Of a DNA stretch of 64,000 nt, positions 1-10,307 are shown piece by piece. The stretch is from a virus. Within the stretch, counting starts at the first letter, position 1. Every line of letters starts with the position of its first letter. The notes beneath the pieces were generated by a model. The model did not search any database. It saw only the letters and a program-made list of their open reading frames with translations, and was not told where the DNA came from. The position numbers and the translations under genes were made by a program. The stretch is taken from IMG/VR virus record IMGVR_UViG_3300026512_000003, positions 64,001 to 128,000 of that record. One strand, given 5' to 3'.

Positions 1-166
1 TATCTACTTCTTCTTGCTGTTCAATATCATCAACATCTTCTTTTTTGTCTTCAGCTGTTTTATTGGACGCATATTTATTTTTTTCTACAAAAGAACTATC
101 TTCAAAATCAATTGCTTCTGTTGAGATAGAGTCTTCTGTTAAAGTTTCTTGTGCTACATCTTGCAT
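1..166 (-). CDS. Acidic hypothetical protein, 5' part only (runs off window)
   Basis: ATG at 166 after AAGGAAAG RBS; open frame MQDVAQETLTEDSISTEAIDFEDS... to window edge. Confidence 0.6.
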   Translation of the reverse strand, partial: MQDVAQETLTEDSISTEAIDFEDSSFVEKNKYASNKTAEDKKEDVDDIEQQEEVD

Positions 167-179
167 ATTTCTTTCCTTT

Positions 180-1601
180 TTATTGTTTTATCATGACGAC
201 AGCTTTTGTTTTTCCAAGTAGAAAACTTAACTCTAAGGCTTGTTTTAAAACAGTGCTGACAACTTTTGTAGGGTCGAGAGCTTTATTTTTATTACCACCG
301 CATTTCTCAAACAGAGCCAATCCTGCTTGATACAGATCTGTCTTCGTCTGTAAGCCTTTTAAAGCATCACGGTATGCTACGGCTCCTCCTGGAACCACTC
401 CACCTGCTAAAGCCAAGGAAACAGCATTTACGCAATCGTCAGCTCGATCTTTTCTTTCCACAAGAGAACTTTTACTGTCTCCTCCAAGAATTACGCTTAC
501 AGATTTTTGCTTCACAATCGAAGTTAAAATTTTATACATATCACGCTCTTCGTCAGTAGTGGCGTCACCCTGCAGTTCTAGGTATCTATTAGCTAAAAGA
601 TTACATTTGTCGCTATCTCCATTACCTATAAATCTAACACTATTTTTGTTCATAGAAAAATTTTGAATTTCTGGACATCTTTCGATATCAATATCACCTA
701 TCTCTATCCCTCTAGAATCTCCCAAAATTGAATCCTGACCACAAGCAGTACTTAATGCTTCAGCCAAAAGACTATTTCCTACCGCTGAACCACCATTGTA
801 GATAACAGGAGCAATATTAATAGAATGTCCATTGTTTAGCATCATAGTAGACAGTGAATTCACAGCGAAACCAGGTGCTATAATAATTAAATTTTCAATT
901 TCTGTCTCTACACATTTGTTTATCAAATTAAATACTGTATCCTCCCCTATAATTTCAGAATCAGAGATTACAACCGAAGCTTGGTCAAAAAATACCTCGT
1001 ATCCATTTGCTTTATGCAAAAAAGAATCATTCGCAAGGTACCCTGAAAATGCTATTCCATTATAAGTAGAGACAGCTGATTTATGACCAACTTTCATTTC
1101 CACAATAACAGTGCCTAGATTATCTTCGTCTGCTTTGTGGTAAGCATCCAATATAAGGCCTGCGAGTTCAGAGTCTCCAGCTACAGATGTTTCAGCAACT
1201 TGTAACAACTCTTTTGAGTTAATAGAAACAGGGACTGACATTTTCTTAAGATTATTTTCAATATTTTTCAAAATATTTGTTTTATTCATATAATCTTCAG
1301 CCTTAAACCTTTTGTAAATCTCATTTGCAAGTAATATTGTAGATGTTGTCCCATCTCCTACAATTGCAAGAGTATTTAAAGAAGCCTCTTTGATTATTTC
1401 AAGGACTCCGTTTTCTGAAAGATCATCAGAATAAAGAGATCTTAATACAGATACCCCATCTTTAGTTATTACAGATTTTTTTCCTGAAGTTAGGATTACA
1501 AAGTCGCCTTTTGCTCCATATGTCTGTTCAACAAGTAGCGCTGCTCCAGTAATGGCACTACCTACAATGTTACTTCTTGATTGTAAAGTTGCTTGAATCA
1601 T
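180..1601 (-). CDS. groEL: Phage-encoded GroEL-like chaperonin (Cpn60), shortened, no GGM tail
   Basis: YGAKG, ITKDGVSV, GDGTTS ATP-binding motif, ERKDRADD (D398 region), GGVVPGGA. Confidence 0.92.
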   Translation of the reverse strand: MIQATLQSRSNIVGSAITGAALLVEQTYGAKGDFVILTSGKKSVITKDGVSVLRSLYSDDLSENGVLEIIKEASLNTLAIVGDGTTSTILLANEIYKRFKAEDYMNKTNILKNIENNLKKMSVPVSINSKELLQVAETSVAGDSELAGLILDAYHKADEDNLGTVIVEMKVGHKSAVSTYNGIAFSGYLANDSFLHKANGYEVFFDQASVVISDSEIIGEDTVFNLINKCVETEIENLIIIAPGFAVNSLSTMMLNNGHSINIAPVIYNGGSAVGNSLLAEALSTACGQDSILGDSRGIEIGDIDIERCPEIQNFSMNKNSVRFIGNGDSDKCNLLANRYLELQGDATTDEERDMYKILTSIVKQKSVSVILGGDSKSSLVERKDRADDCVNAVSLALAGGVVPGGAVAYRDALKGLQTKTDLYQAGLALFEKCGGNKNKALDPTKVVSTVLKQALELSFLLGKTKAVVMIKQ

Positions 1602-1849
1602 TATTGAACTCCTGCAATGATATCTTCTGGAGTAATATAGACATAATCTTCATTTTCATATTCAAATTCCATTCCACTAAACCGAGCTATTAAATATTTC
1701 TCGTTTTTTTTCACATTTTCTACAGCACTTGAAAGGATAATCACCTCTAAAGGTTTCTCTTTATTTGAAGATGTTCTTTTTACTCCATTTTTGTTCTCGG
1801 TCTCTGTTCCAATTCTGCGACAAAGAATTCCTGAATAGGGAAATAACAT
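1601..1849 (-). CDS. groES: GroES-like co-chaperonin (Cpn10)
   Basis: ATG at 1849 follows AAAAGGAG; KEKPL, FSGMEF, YVYITPEDIIA align with Cpn10; directly upstream of groEL. Confidence 0.8.
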   Translation of the reverse strand: MLFPYSGILCRRIGTETENKNGVKRTSSNKEKPLEVIILSSAVENVKKNEKYLIARFSGMEFEYENEDYVYITPEDIIAGVQ

Positions 1850-1923
1850 AGTAGCTCCTTTTTTAAACATAAGTATAGCCATATATTCTTAAAAATCTTT
1901 GAATAAAAGCGAAGTATTAGGCA

Positions 1924-4900
1924 TTATCCCCTAGAAACTACAACTTTTTGTGTTGATGTTTTACTATTGATTTCTTTCAGCACAGCTAGTATCTGACCCC
2001 ATATATCTGTTAATGATGAGGTGCTTTTATCTTCTGATGAACCTACTTTTGAAGTTTTGGACATATCTGAAACCTTAGGACTAGAAACACCTACATTTAA
2101 ATCAAGTTTCGATTGGAAATCCTGAAGACTTTCTTTGTCTACGGCACCAGTTCCTCCATTGTGTCGAGCTTCTCTTTCTAAGGTATGTCGAATTTCTAAA
2201 TTTCTAGCATATTTTACAGCTTCTGTTTCAAAAGATTTTTTAGTCTCAACTTTTTTTATTTCTATATTTGCACTAGAATCTTTAGTGATATCGTAACTAT
2301 GTCTTCTGTGTTCTGTATGAGATACTATTGAATCATCAACATGAGTTAACCTTTTATTATTGTTTTCAGACTTCTTAGAGGAAACGCTATGAGAAACATC
2401 TATCTTAGTTGTTTTGGCTTCTGTTCTGAATACTTTAAGGCTAGAGAGTTCTATATTTTCATCTCTAACTTTAACAGACTCTTTTTTTCCTGTTAAATGA
2501 AGATAAATACTCGCTGTATTTTGTTCAATTTTTGCTAAATGATTTTCGATAGGACTTCCTCCACCATTTAGATTCTGAGAAAGCATACCTAGAGTTCCTC
2601 CAGTATTTCCAGACATATCAAACATCTGTCTAGCTATAGCCGAACCACTCTTCTTGTCATCCCCTGATAAAGCGTCTCTAGCTTCTAATAAGTTATTGTC
2701 GAAAGCTGTTCTATCCTCTGTCTTTTTAGCTTCAGCAACTTTTACATCTTTCATGATGTCTAAATTTGTTTTAGCATAATAATTACCATCTTTCCCTTTT
2801 TTTAATAATCCCATGATGGACTCTGCCATCTCTAGCTTGTTTTTAGAACCAAATGTTTCTCCAAAAGCTTTAGATGTTGCATCAGCTAGGTTAGTACCAG
2901 CTGCAATTTTAGAGGATTTTGTTGCAAATTCAGACAAGTTATCAACAATATGAGAATTTCCTGCAAGAGACATTACAGCACTTTCTTCTTTTTCTGATAA
3001 GTTAAATTTTTTAAGAATTTTCATTGAATGTATTTGGTCTGTAACAACAGATCTGTCTGTACCTCTAGCTTTGTAATCGTCAGATATTGTTTGAAGGGCC
3101 TCTGTCATAGAGTCTTTCTTTTTAGATCCACTAAATATAGTTGTTGCTCTAGATAGATCTTGAGATCCTAAGATTTCTTTTGACAATTTCCCCATTTGTC
3201 CTGTATGTTCTAAACTAAAAACCTCTGATGGGGAATATTGCCCTATAGCGGATGCTTCTGCGTTCTTCGTCAGTAAATTGCCTGCAGCTTTTTGAAAAGT
3301 AACAGCTTCATCTTTCGAGAAGCCTTTTTTTAGCAAACTATCATAAAATTCACTTTCTTTTAGGTCCTTTGCAAACTTCTGTCTTTCTTCTACAGTAACC
3401 TTTCCTTTATAATCATAACCCATTGATGATAAAACAGAATGCATACTGTATCCAGAATGCTTAATACTTTCAGCTCCTCTCAAATTTAGTTTTTCCTGAG
3501 CCTGATTGTATTCTCCGTAAGCTTTCTCTTTTATTCCTTTTGTGATACCAATTAAGCTATTTGCCCCTAATTTGCTTCTTGTGTCGGAGTCTATAGTATC
3601 ATAAATTTCTTTTCCATACTTAACAGTTGCTTTTTCTGTGCCGTATTGCTCAGACAGTTCATCAAAGCGATCTTGTTTAAAAAGATTTGCACCTATTATT
3701 TTTGAAACAACATTTTGTTTCTTTTTATAAGAAAGTTCTTGTAGTTCTGCATGAGATTTTGTCATACTCTTGACATTGCTACCTTGTTTCAATTTGTTTA
3801 AATCATACATACTCCAACCAGAAGCACTTGTTTCAAGTTCAGAGGCACCTTTTTTTGCTAGGTAATCAAAAGATGAGAAAAATTTATTGTCCTCATTCAT
3901 AATGTCTTTATTGAATTTCTCAGAAGATGAAATATTTAAAGAAGTGTCGACAAGTTTCTTAACTTGAGTAAGACTTTTTTTACCTTCAAGATCTTCTACT
4001 GATTGTAGTTCTTTTGCATGTATATCATTTAGGTTGTCGTTTTGATATTTATAACCATGTGCATATCTTATCATTGTGGAAGTTCTATTGCCATTGTATA
4101 TTTGCCATTTACCATGAGCTGCATTGTTTATGTAGTTAAAATCCTTGTCTCTAACATCGTCTTTTGTCCATCCAAGACCTCTACCAATAGCATGTAAACT
4201 ATCAAAAGAGTTAAGAAAAGTCCCAGCGTTATCTACTCCTGCTCCAACAGCAGAAAATATTCCATTTATATCGTGCTTCTGTTTTCCAACTGCATCTCTA
4301 GCTCTCTCGAGTGCAAACCCCTCGTCTGTACTACGAAATAAATTTCTTGTAGTATCTAAAAGAGTACCCTCATTTTTTTTCCTTACAGCTGCATATTTTA
4401 TAGCATTATCCATGTCTTCTGAGGTTACATCTCTTTTCTTTTCAAATCTATTTGTTCCAGAAAGAATAAACCAATCTAACCCTTGAGCTGTAGCAAGTTT
4501 TGCTTTTTCAATTCTATTTGCAAAAGTATTAGTTTTCCTAGAGTGACTTTCTTGTTCAATTTTCCTTGCGGCTTCATTTTGGTCTCTGTAAACAGAAATC
4601 CCTTTATTATACTCATCTGCGTAGTCTGAAACACCTTGATTATACTGTACATGGTTAATTGCACGGAATGTGGAATCTTCTTGTAGCCTAAAAACTTTTT
4701 CTTGTTGTTTTGCTAAAAACTCTGTATTTTTCTCATTTACATTAATTCTTGCGCTAGATGCTGAATTTGTCAGGGTTCTAGTGTCGCCTTGATATATAGC
4801 AGTCCATTCTGTTAATCCAAGTGCTCCAGAATTATGTAAGCTATCCGTTTTTTTCTGTAGACTTCCACCAGCTTCTACATATTCAGAAAGTCTTGACATG

Positions 4901-6114
4901 GCTTCGTTATCTTTTTTGTTTCGTTGTTTCTTTGTAAGTTTTCCCCATTTTTCATCACCACCAACAGATTCTATAGCATCTGCATGTGATAAGACTTCTA
5001 AAGCACTGACAGAAAGCACATTTTTTTCTAAAAAGCTATATCTTCCTTTCTCCCCTGAAGTAAAAGAAGCTGCCATATTAAAAGCATCCTGTTGTGCTTG
5101 TTTATGATCATCTTTATTCATAAAATGGCTACCTGCTCCAGAAGTAAATCCTCTATCCCCAAACATAGCAAGTTTCATGTATGTAGATGCTTTCATAACC
5201 CCAGCTTGTTCTTGGCTTTGACCCCTCTGAAGATTATGTTCCATATAATCTTTTTCTTTAACTCCTAAGGCTCGAGCAGTAACACCAAGCGCTCTTGCCG
5301 CTTCCATACCTTTTCTGTCACTAAGCCCTATACCATTAAGTTTTCTCATAGTGTCCATTATGACACCTATGTTAGAATCTCCCATTATTTCAACAAGGCT
5401 TTTTGCTGTTTGGGTCATTTCTTTCAGTTTACTTTTGATTCCAGAAGTATTAGTTGTTCCCTTAACTGCTCCTGTCCTAATACCTTCATCGAGTATTCTT
5501 CCTATTTGTCCCATACTCATAGATTGGTCCTGCATAAACATGTCTTCTATCCCAGAATTAACTTCTTTTGCTTGTTTCATGTTGTATCCGAAACTTCCAT
5601 AAGAAGATTTTGCATTTCCTAATCTCATAAGAGAGGAATGGGTATTTGCTATTCTATTTCCTCTCCTTGCTATTGATTCACCTACAAACCCTCCAATGGT
5701 ATCTCCAGCTACTGTTCCGAGTATCATGCCTGGAAGTCCACCAAGCTTAGAACCAACAAAGCCACCAAGTATACTACCTGACTCATCTATTAATCCCGCT
5801 TCAATAGATGTTTTAGCCCTAAAGCTAGAGTTTTCCATATGAGCTCTATAAAAACCTCCTTGAGATGCTTGTGGTGTAGGAACAATTCCCATAGTTTGCT
5901 TAAATGAATCCATGAAGTGATTTCTATATAACCCAGAATAAGGACCGTTAAGAGGACTTTGTTGTTGCCCACCAAAGACACTTTTCATTGTAGGAAGCGT
6001 GTCGTAAGACATGTAGCCTTGTGCTCCACTGGTCATCATTCCTGGTGTAGCAGTATATCCTTGCCATGGGTTCATATACATAGCACTAGTGGTTTGTTGC
6101 ATTAATGGGTCCAA
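1924..6114 (-). CDS. Tape-measure-like / ejected virion protein, 1396 aa
   Basis: Long, helical-looking, K/S/G/A-rich; N-terminal glycine zipper GSILGGFVGSKLGGLPGMILGTVAG; TTG start after AAGGAG; structural context. Confidence 0.5.
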   Translation of the reverse strand: MDPLMQQTTSAMYMNPWQGYTATPGMMTSGAQGYMSYDTLPTMKSVFGGQQQSPLNGPYSGLYRNHFMDSFKQTMGIVPTPQASQGGFYRAHMENSSFRAKTSIEAGLIDESGSILGGFVGSKLGGLPGMILGTVAGDTIGGFVGESIARRGNRIANTHSSLMRLGNAKSSYGSFGYNMKQAKEVNSGIEDMFMQDQSMSMGQIGRILDEGIRTGAVKGTTNTSGIKSKLKEMTQTAKSLVEIMGDSNIGVIMDTMRKLNGIGLSDRKGMEAARALGVTARALGVKEKDYMEHNLQRGQSQEQAGVMKASTYMKLAMFGDRGFTSGAGSHFMNKDDHKQAQQDAFNMAASFTSGEKGRYSFLEKNVLSVSALEVLSHADAIESVGGDEKWGKLTKKQRNKKDNEAMSRLSEYVEAGGSLQKKTDSLHNSGALGLTEWTAIYQGDTRTLTNSASSARINVNEKNTEFLAKQQEKVFRLQEDSTFRAINHVQYNQGVSDYADEYNKGISVYRDQNEAARKIEQESHSRKTNTFANRIEKAKLATAQGLDWFILSGTNRFEKKRDVTSEDMDNAIKYAAVRKKNEGTLLDTTRNLFRSTDEGFALERARDAVGKQKHDINGIFSAVGAGVDNAGTFLNSFDSLHAIGRGLGWTKDDVRDKDFNYINNAAHGKWQIYNGNRTSTMIRYAHGYKYQNDNLNDIHAKELQSVEDLEGKKSLTQVKKLVDTSLNISSSEKFNKDIMNEDNKFFSSFDYLAKKGASELETSASGWSMYDLNKLKQGSNVKSMTKSHAELQELSYKKKQNVVSKIIGANLFKQDRFDELSEQYGTEKATVKYGKEIYDTIDSDTRSKLGANSLIGITKGIKEKAYGEYNQAQEKLNLRGAESIKHSGYSMHSVLSSMGYDYKGKVTVEERQKFAKDLKESEFYDSLLKKGFSKDEAVTFQKAAGNLLTKNAEASAIGQYSPSEVFSLEHTGQMGKLSKEILGSQDLSRATTIFSGSKKKDSMTEALQTISDDYKARGTDRSVVTDQIHSMKILKKFNLSEKEESAVMSLAGNSHIVDNLSEFATKSSKIAAGTNLADATSKAFGETFGSKNKLEMAESIMGLLKKGKDGNYYAKTNLDIMKDVKVAEAKKTEDRTAFDNNLLEARDALSGDDKKSGSAIARQMFDMSGNTGGTLGMLSQNLNGGGSPIENHLAKIEQNTASIYLHLTGKKESVKVRDENIELSSLKVFRTEAKTTKIDVSHSVSSKKSENNNKRLTHVDDSIVSHTEHRRHSYDITKDSSANIEIKKVETKKSFETEAVKYARNLEIRHTLEREARHNGGTGAVDKESLQDFQSKLDLNVGVSSPKVSDMSKTSKVGSSEDKSTSSLTDIWGQILAVLKEINSKTSTQKVVVSRG

Positions 6115-6127
6115 AACAGCTCCTTTG

Positions 6128-6871
6128 TTAATTGTCTAAAATAACAGTGTGATTTGCTTCGATAATTATACTATTTTGTAACTCTTGATAAGCTTTTTTC
6201 AAGTGAATGATAAGCATCTGATTTTCAAATTCTATGTTCACAGGTGAATCTATTGGTTCGTCTATAGGAATCGAATCGCCTATTTCTTTTGAAAAAGCTA
6301 ATGGATATTTTAAGTTATATGTGTTTGTGTCTGTGGAAACAATATCTCTTTCTTGTGATATGTCAGTTATATCTTCTGTTTTTTTAGAAAAAGTTACTTG
6401 GATTCTTTCTTGAAGTAGTCTTAAATATTTATTCGAGCCAACCATGGTATGAATTTTACCTTCAATATCAATATTCTTTGAAAAGATTACTTGAAATAAA
6501 TTAGGATCCTGCTCTATTTGAGTTAGTAATACTGTTTTGTCCTCAGTAAACCATTCTAACGACTTATCAAAAGGACCACTCGCATCTACTTGATACCATG
6601 TGCCAAGTATATGAACCCTAGAAATAGTATTTGATATATCTTCACCAAAAAAATTTTCTAAAACAAACTCAGTGTCTGATATGCTTTTAATTATAGAAGG
6701 AAGAATAACTTTTCCAAGACCCATATTTTTTAAAGAAAAAATTATAGCCTGTTCTATATCTAAAATCATTTTTGTGCTAACTTGCACATAAGGATCTTCT
6801 TTGAAAATTTGAGCTCTATAAGGATAAAGTATGTTATAAGGTGACAACATCGCCAGTCTCTTCAATAACAA
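6128..6871 (-). CDS. Hypothetical virion/baseplate-region protein
   Basis: 247-aa ORF in co-oriented structural operon; true start may be ATG at 6850. Confidence 0.5.
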   Translation of the reverse strand: MLLKRLAMLSPYNILYPYRAQIFKEDPYVQVSTKMILDIEQAIIFSLKNMGLGKVILPSIIKSISDTEFVLENFFGEDISNTISRVHILGTWYQVDASGPFDKSLEWFTEDKTVLLTQIEQDPNLFQVIFSKNIDIEGKIHTMVGSNKYLRLLQERIQVTFSKKTEDITDISQERDIVSTDTNTYNLKYPLAFSKEIGDSIPIDEPIDSPVNIEFENQMLIIHLKKAYQELQNSIIIEANHTVILDN

Positions 6872-8075
6872 CAGTTAAAGCTTTCAGAAAAGATGCTTCT
6901 GGCGTAATCCATCTAGCTACAGAGTTTGTTCCTACATCAAATCCTTCTCTATTTAAGAGTGCTTTTTTCTTTGTTAAAGGATTTACATATAAATCAACTT
7001 CTGTTTTTATAACAAAATTGTGCATTTTAACAAGTTGTTCCCCTAACAATTCAATATTCTGTGAAAAAACATTACCTATAACAGCTTTTGAAAAAATCTT
7101 TTTTACAAGTTCTAAGCCACTCGTGTTACGAAGAAAAATGGTAGCTTTACCATATGTATGTCCTCTAAAAAAAATTTGATATGCAGGATATTGTAATTTA
7201 ATATCAGATTCTTGGAGGTCATCACTTTCATAATAATACCCTACAAACTGAAGACTTGAATTTGGAGGAATAGTAAAAGAGATTGCTTGGCTTTCACATC
7301 CTACATATGTTTCCAGAGAATCACACTTTACGCCATTTGTGTAGTTGAACATGTCAAAGTATGCCCATTTTCTTTTTTTAAGTTGTAGAACATCAGCATC
7401 ATCTGTAGTGCTTATTGAAAATGATTTTTTTATAAGAGTTGGTTTCGTTAGAATATCTAAAGTACCAGACACATTTCCACCCATCTTTAAGTTAGCTAAC
7501 AACGATATGTCTTCACCGGTTAATGGAGTATTTTCTAGCTCAAGAACAGGAATATCTTGCTTTAAATTCTCTACAACAAGAGGAGCAATAAATTTGCTCT
7601 TCCTAAATTTCTGTAACTCTATTGATGTTCTTAATAGATTAATACTTGCTCCATAGATACTTCCAAAAGAATAACCATATGTATCTAAAATGCTTCTTGA
7701 AATTTTTCCTATTTCTAATGTTGTCAAAGACATCTTACTCTCAATCAGCCCTACGAGTTCATGAGTTGTTTTTTCTTCTATATTTATCCCCATAGATGAT
7801 GCGAATGAACTAACTATTGTATCTATTGTTGTTTGCGAAATATCGGGGTTGTTTATAGTTTCAGTTAAACTAAAAGGTGTTGTCATTTGTGTGAGGCTAT
7901 AATTGTGAAAAAGCATTACATAAAAAAGGGGTTGTTCTAAAAAATTTTCTACTAAAACACTCTCATCGGTAGTCATATTTTGAGGTAACACTGACTGAAC
8001 CTGACGAACCACATCTGCATGAATAGCCTGCTTCATGTCATCGGAAACAACTAGCTCTAAATCTTTGAGTACCAC
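6834..8075 (-). CDS. Hypothetical virion/baseplate-region protein
   Basis: 413-aa ORF, tightly packed with neighbours. Confidence 0.55.
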   Translation of the reverse strand: MVLKDLELVVSDDMKQAIHADVVRQVQSVLPQNMTTDESVLVENFLEQPLFYVMLFHNYSLTQMTTPFSLTETINNPDISQTTIDTIVSSFASSMGINIEEKTTHELVGLIESKMSLTTLEIGKISRSILDTYGYSFGSIYGASINLLRTSIELQKFRKSKFIAPLVVENLKQDIPVLELENTPLTGEDISLLANLKMGGNVSGTLDILTKPTLIKKSFSISTTDDADVLQLKKRKWAYFDMFNYTNGVKCDSLETYVGCESQAISFTIPPNSSLQFVGYYYESDDLQESDIKLQYPAYQIFFRGHTYGKATIFLRNTSGLELVKKIFSKAVIGNVFSQNIELLGEQLVKMHNFVIKTEVDLYVNPLTKKKALLNREGFDVGTNSVARWITPEASFLKALTVVIEETGDVVTL

Positions 8076-9086
8076 TTACATTATCCCTAACATCTTGTCA
8101 TAATTATCTACCTTGCCTGCCACAGAAGCACCTGTTATCCCAGCACCTCCATAAAACATAGCTCTATCTAGACCATTTAATTTTTTTTTAGGGCCTTTTT
8201 TGAAAAGAGACAAAGTGGAATGTCCTATATCCTGTGCTTTGTTTATAGATTTTATTGTACCTTTTGTTGCTGAAAGTGCCCCTTTTCCAAGAGCTCCCAC
8301 TCCAGTCAACCCCCAATTTAATATTTTGGAAGTAAGCATAGCGATAGCTTCTTTGTCTGAACCTTCTTTTAATAGCATATCTAACTGATGAACAGAAGAG
8401 AGGGTGTCGACCATATTTGAATGCTTTTCCCCAGAGAATTCATCTGTAGCAACTTTCGTAAGAACTTGCTCATTCATATTTAATCTGTTCACTATTAAAG
8501 GAAGAGAGTCCACTAGGTCATGTTCCATTGCAACTTTTACTAAGCCTCTAACCTCTTCTTCTGAATTAAGACTGTTTGCTATTTTGTCACAAGCAAAATC
8601 AAGAGTTTCTTTTGCTTTAAATATTAAGCTATTCTCTCTTTTTTTGTTTGTCTCAGCCTGTATGTCTTGAGCTGAAGCTATCTTCGTCATAAGAAATTTG
8701 TCGTCAGCTTCTTTTAAGAGTGTCGTGCTTGAAGATGTTTTTGCTTTAAATCTTTTAGAAGACTGTAATACGAACATATCATCAGTAATAATAAATTCAG
8801 GACGAACACCACTCCCTACATCATCAGAGGCCGTCTTAGTTAAAACAGACGCTGTCTTCTGTATGGAGCTATTAGCAGCACTGTCTGTTGACGACGGAGT
8901 TATAACATCAAAAGAAATATCACCATCTGTGGATTTATCAGCAATTCTACTTAAAAAGAATTGCTTATTTACCTCTCTAGCTAAACTAACCTGATGTGTT
9001 TCATCTAAGGCTGCGGCTTCTTTGCTAAAATCAGTATACGGATCCTCAGAGGACGCTATTTGTATTGCCAATTGTTTAATGTCCAT
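8076..9086 (-). CDS. KxA-motif precursor protein with cationic glycine-rich C-terminal cargo (putative internal head/ejection protein)
   Basis: Nine K-x-A motifs in residues 1-247, then a basic amphipathic Gly-rich tail. Confidence 0.6.
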   Translation of the reverse strand: MDIKQLAIQIASSEDPYTDFSKEAAALDETHQVSLAREVNKQFFLSRIADKSTDGDISFDVITPSSTDSAANSSIQKTASVLTKTASDDVGSGVRPEFIITDDMFVLQSSKRFKAKTSSSTTLLKEADDKFLMTKIASAQDIQAETNKKRENSLIFKAKETLDFACDKIANSLNSEEEVRGLVKVAMEHDLVDSLPLIVNRLNMNEQVLTKVATDEFSGEKHSNMVDTLSSVHQLDMLLKEGSDKEAIAMLTSKILNWGLTGVGALGKGALSATKGTIKSINKAQDIGHSTLSLFKKGPKKKLNGLDRAMFYGGAGITGASVAGKVDNYDKMLGIM

Positions 9087-9101
9087 TCTCTCATCCTTGT
9101 T

Positions 9102-9144
9102 GTGTATTCTAGTGTTGCCACCGAAGTGACAACTAAGAATACAC
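9102..9144 (-). terminator. Strong intergenic hairpin with cUUCGg tetraloop (terminator or processing/stability element)
   Basis: Minus strand GTGTATTCT-TAG-TTGTCAC TTCG GTGGCAAC-ACT-AGAATACAC right after a stop codon; no U-tract. Confidence 0.55.
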
Positions 9145-10202
9145 TAGTTGCGCGCTCTATTGTATCCGTATGCAGCTCCAGCTCCAGCTCCAGCCAAAGC
9201 AGTTCCTGCTAATCCAGCAGCAGCTAAGTATTTGTTCTTTTTGCTAAGATTTCTTAGAGACCCTCTAAGAGATCCTCCTAATTCTTTTGCAGCTTCCGTC
9301 TTACCTTTACTGAGCCCTTCTGTATTACCTATACTACGCCAATGTTTGATAGTATCTTTTCTAGCAGCAGCGGCTGGACTAGTTTTTGCCCTCTTCGCTG
9401 CTTTTTGTTGAAGCTTGTATGCTTCCCTTTGTTCTGGTGTCATTCTGCGTTGAAAGTTTGTCTCACCATTCAGCTTTCGAGCTTTTTGAACTCTAGGAGT
9501 AACTGGTTTCTTTTTCCCAGGAACACTATACTCAGTATTTTTATAAAGCTCACGATTTGCGGCTATTCTTGCTTCTGTATTAGACATATCATTCAAGACA
9601 CCAGCTTCTTTGTCATACGCAATCATCGCATCTTCAGGGTGAACAACTTCTAAATCCATAAGGAAATCTTGAACTTGAGCAAGTTTGTCCTCCATATCAG
9701 CATCAAGATCACTATACTCACTCGCAATTTTTTCACCTTCTTCAGGAGACCCAATATTGTTTAGATCAGTAATTAAAGTAATTGCTGAAACAGGATCAAT
9801 GCCGTTTTCTTCTAAAAACGCATGAGCTTCTGCAACTTTATCTAAGTCTCTGTCAAGGGCAATCTCTTCCATTTGTCCATTTAGAGCTTCAGCCACTTTT
9901 TCATAGTCTTCAACTTCTAAGCCATAAGAAGCTAATTCAGCCATCGCATCTTCATCAGAATAGTTATCACTCGCCATCTTTTCAAAAACATTCACTGCAC
10001 CTAGCAGTGCACTTGGCTCAATTTCTTCTGCAATCTTAATAAGGTTCTCACCTGTGAAAAGATTTCCTTGTGTAAGGTTGTGATGAACGATTAAATCATT
10101 CACAGTCACTCCGCTGTCTTCAGCTACTTTTACCAGTCCGTCAAAATCAGCTGCGGCATCTGAAGCCATAGCAAAACTTTCAACTCTATCATAAAATGTC
10201 AT
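9144..10202 (-). CDS. KxA-motif scaffold-like precursor: acidic N-terminal 200 aa plus basic C-terminal cargo with terminal hydrophobic Gly/Ala helix
   Basis: All 8 lysines in residues 1-200 are in K-x-A; C-terminus LAAAGLAGTALAGAGAGAAYGY. Confidence 0.65.
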   Translation of the reverse strand: MTFYDRVESFAMASDAAADFDGLVKVAEDSGVTVNDLIVHHNLTQGNLFTGENLIKIAEEIEPSALLGAVNVFEKMASDNYSDEDAMAELASYGLEVEDYEKVAEALNGQMEEIALDRDLDKVAEAHAFLEENGIDPVSAITLITDLNNIGSPEEGEKIASEYSDLDADMEDKLAQVQDFLMDLEVVHPEDAMIAYDKEAGVLNDMSNTEARIAANRELYKNTEYSVPGKKKPVTPRVQKARKLNGETNFQRRMTPEQREAYKLQQKAAKRAKTSPAAAARKDTIKHWRSIGNTEGLSKGKTEAAKELGGSLRGSLRNLSKKNKYLAAAGLAGTALAGAGAGAAYGYNRARN

Positions 10203-10257
10203 TATGCATTCCTTGTGTGTTAAGATTTTTGCGTATTCTCTGTGAAATACTTAAGGT

Positions 10258-10286
10258 ATTGTAACTAAAAGATATGAAAAAAGCAA
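10258..10286 (-). promoter_or_regulatory. Sigma70-type promoter
   Basis: TTGCTT-N17-TACAAT upstream of 10202 start. Confidence 0.55.
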
Positions 10287-10307
10287 TAAATTTATAAGAG
10301 GGTTGTG

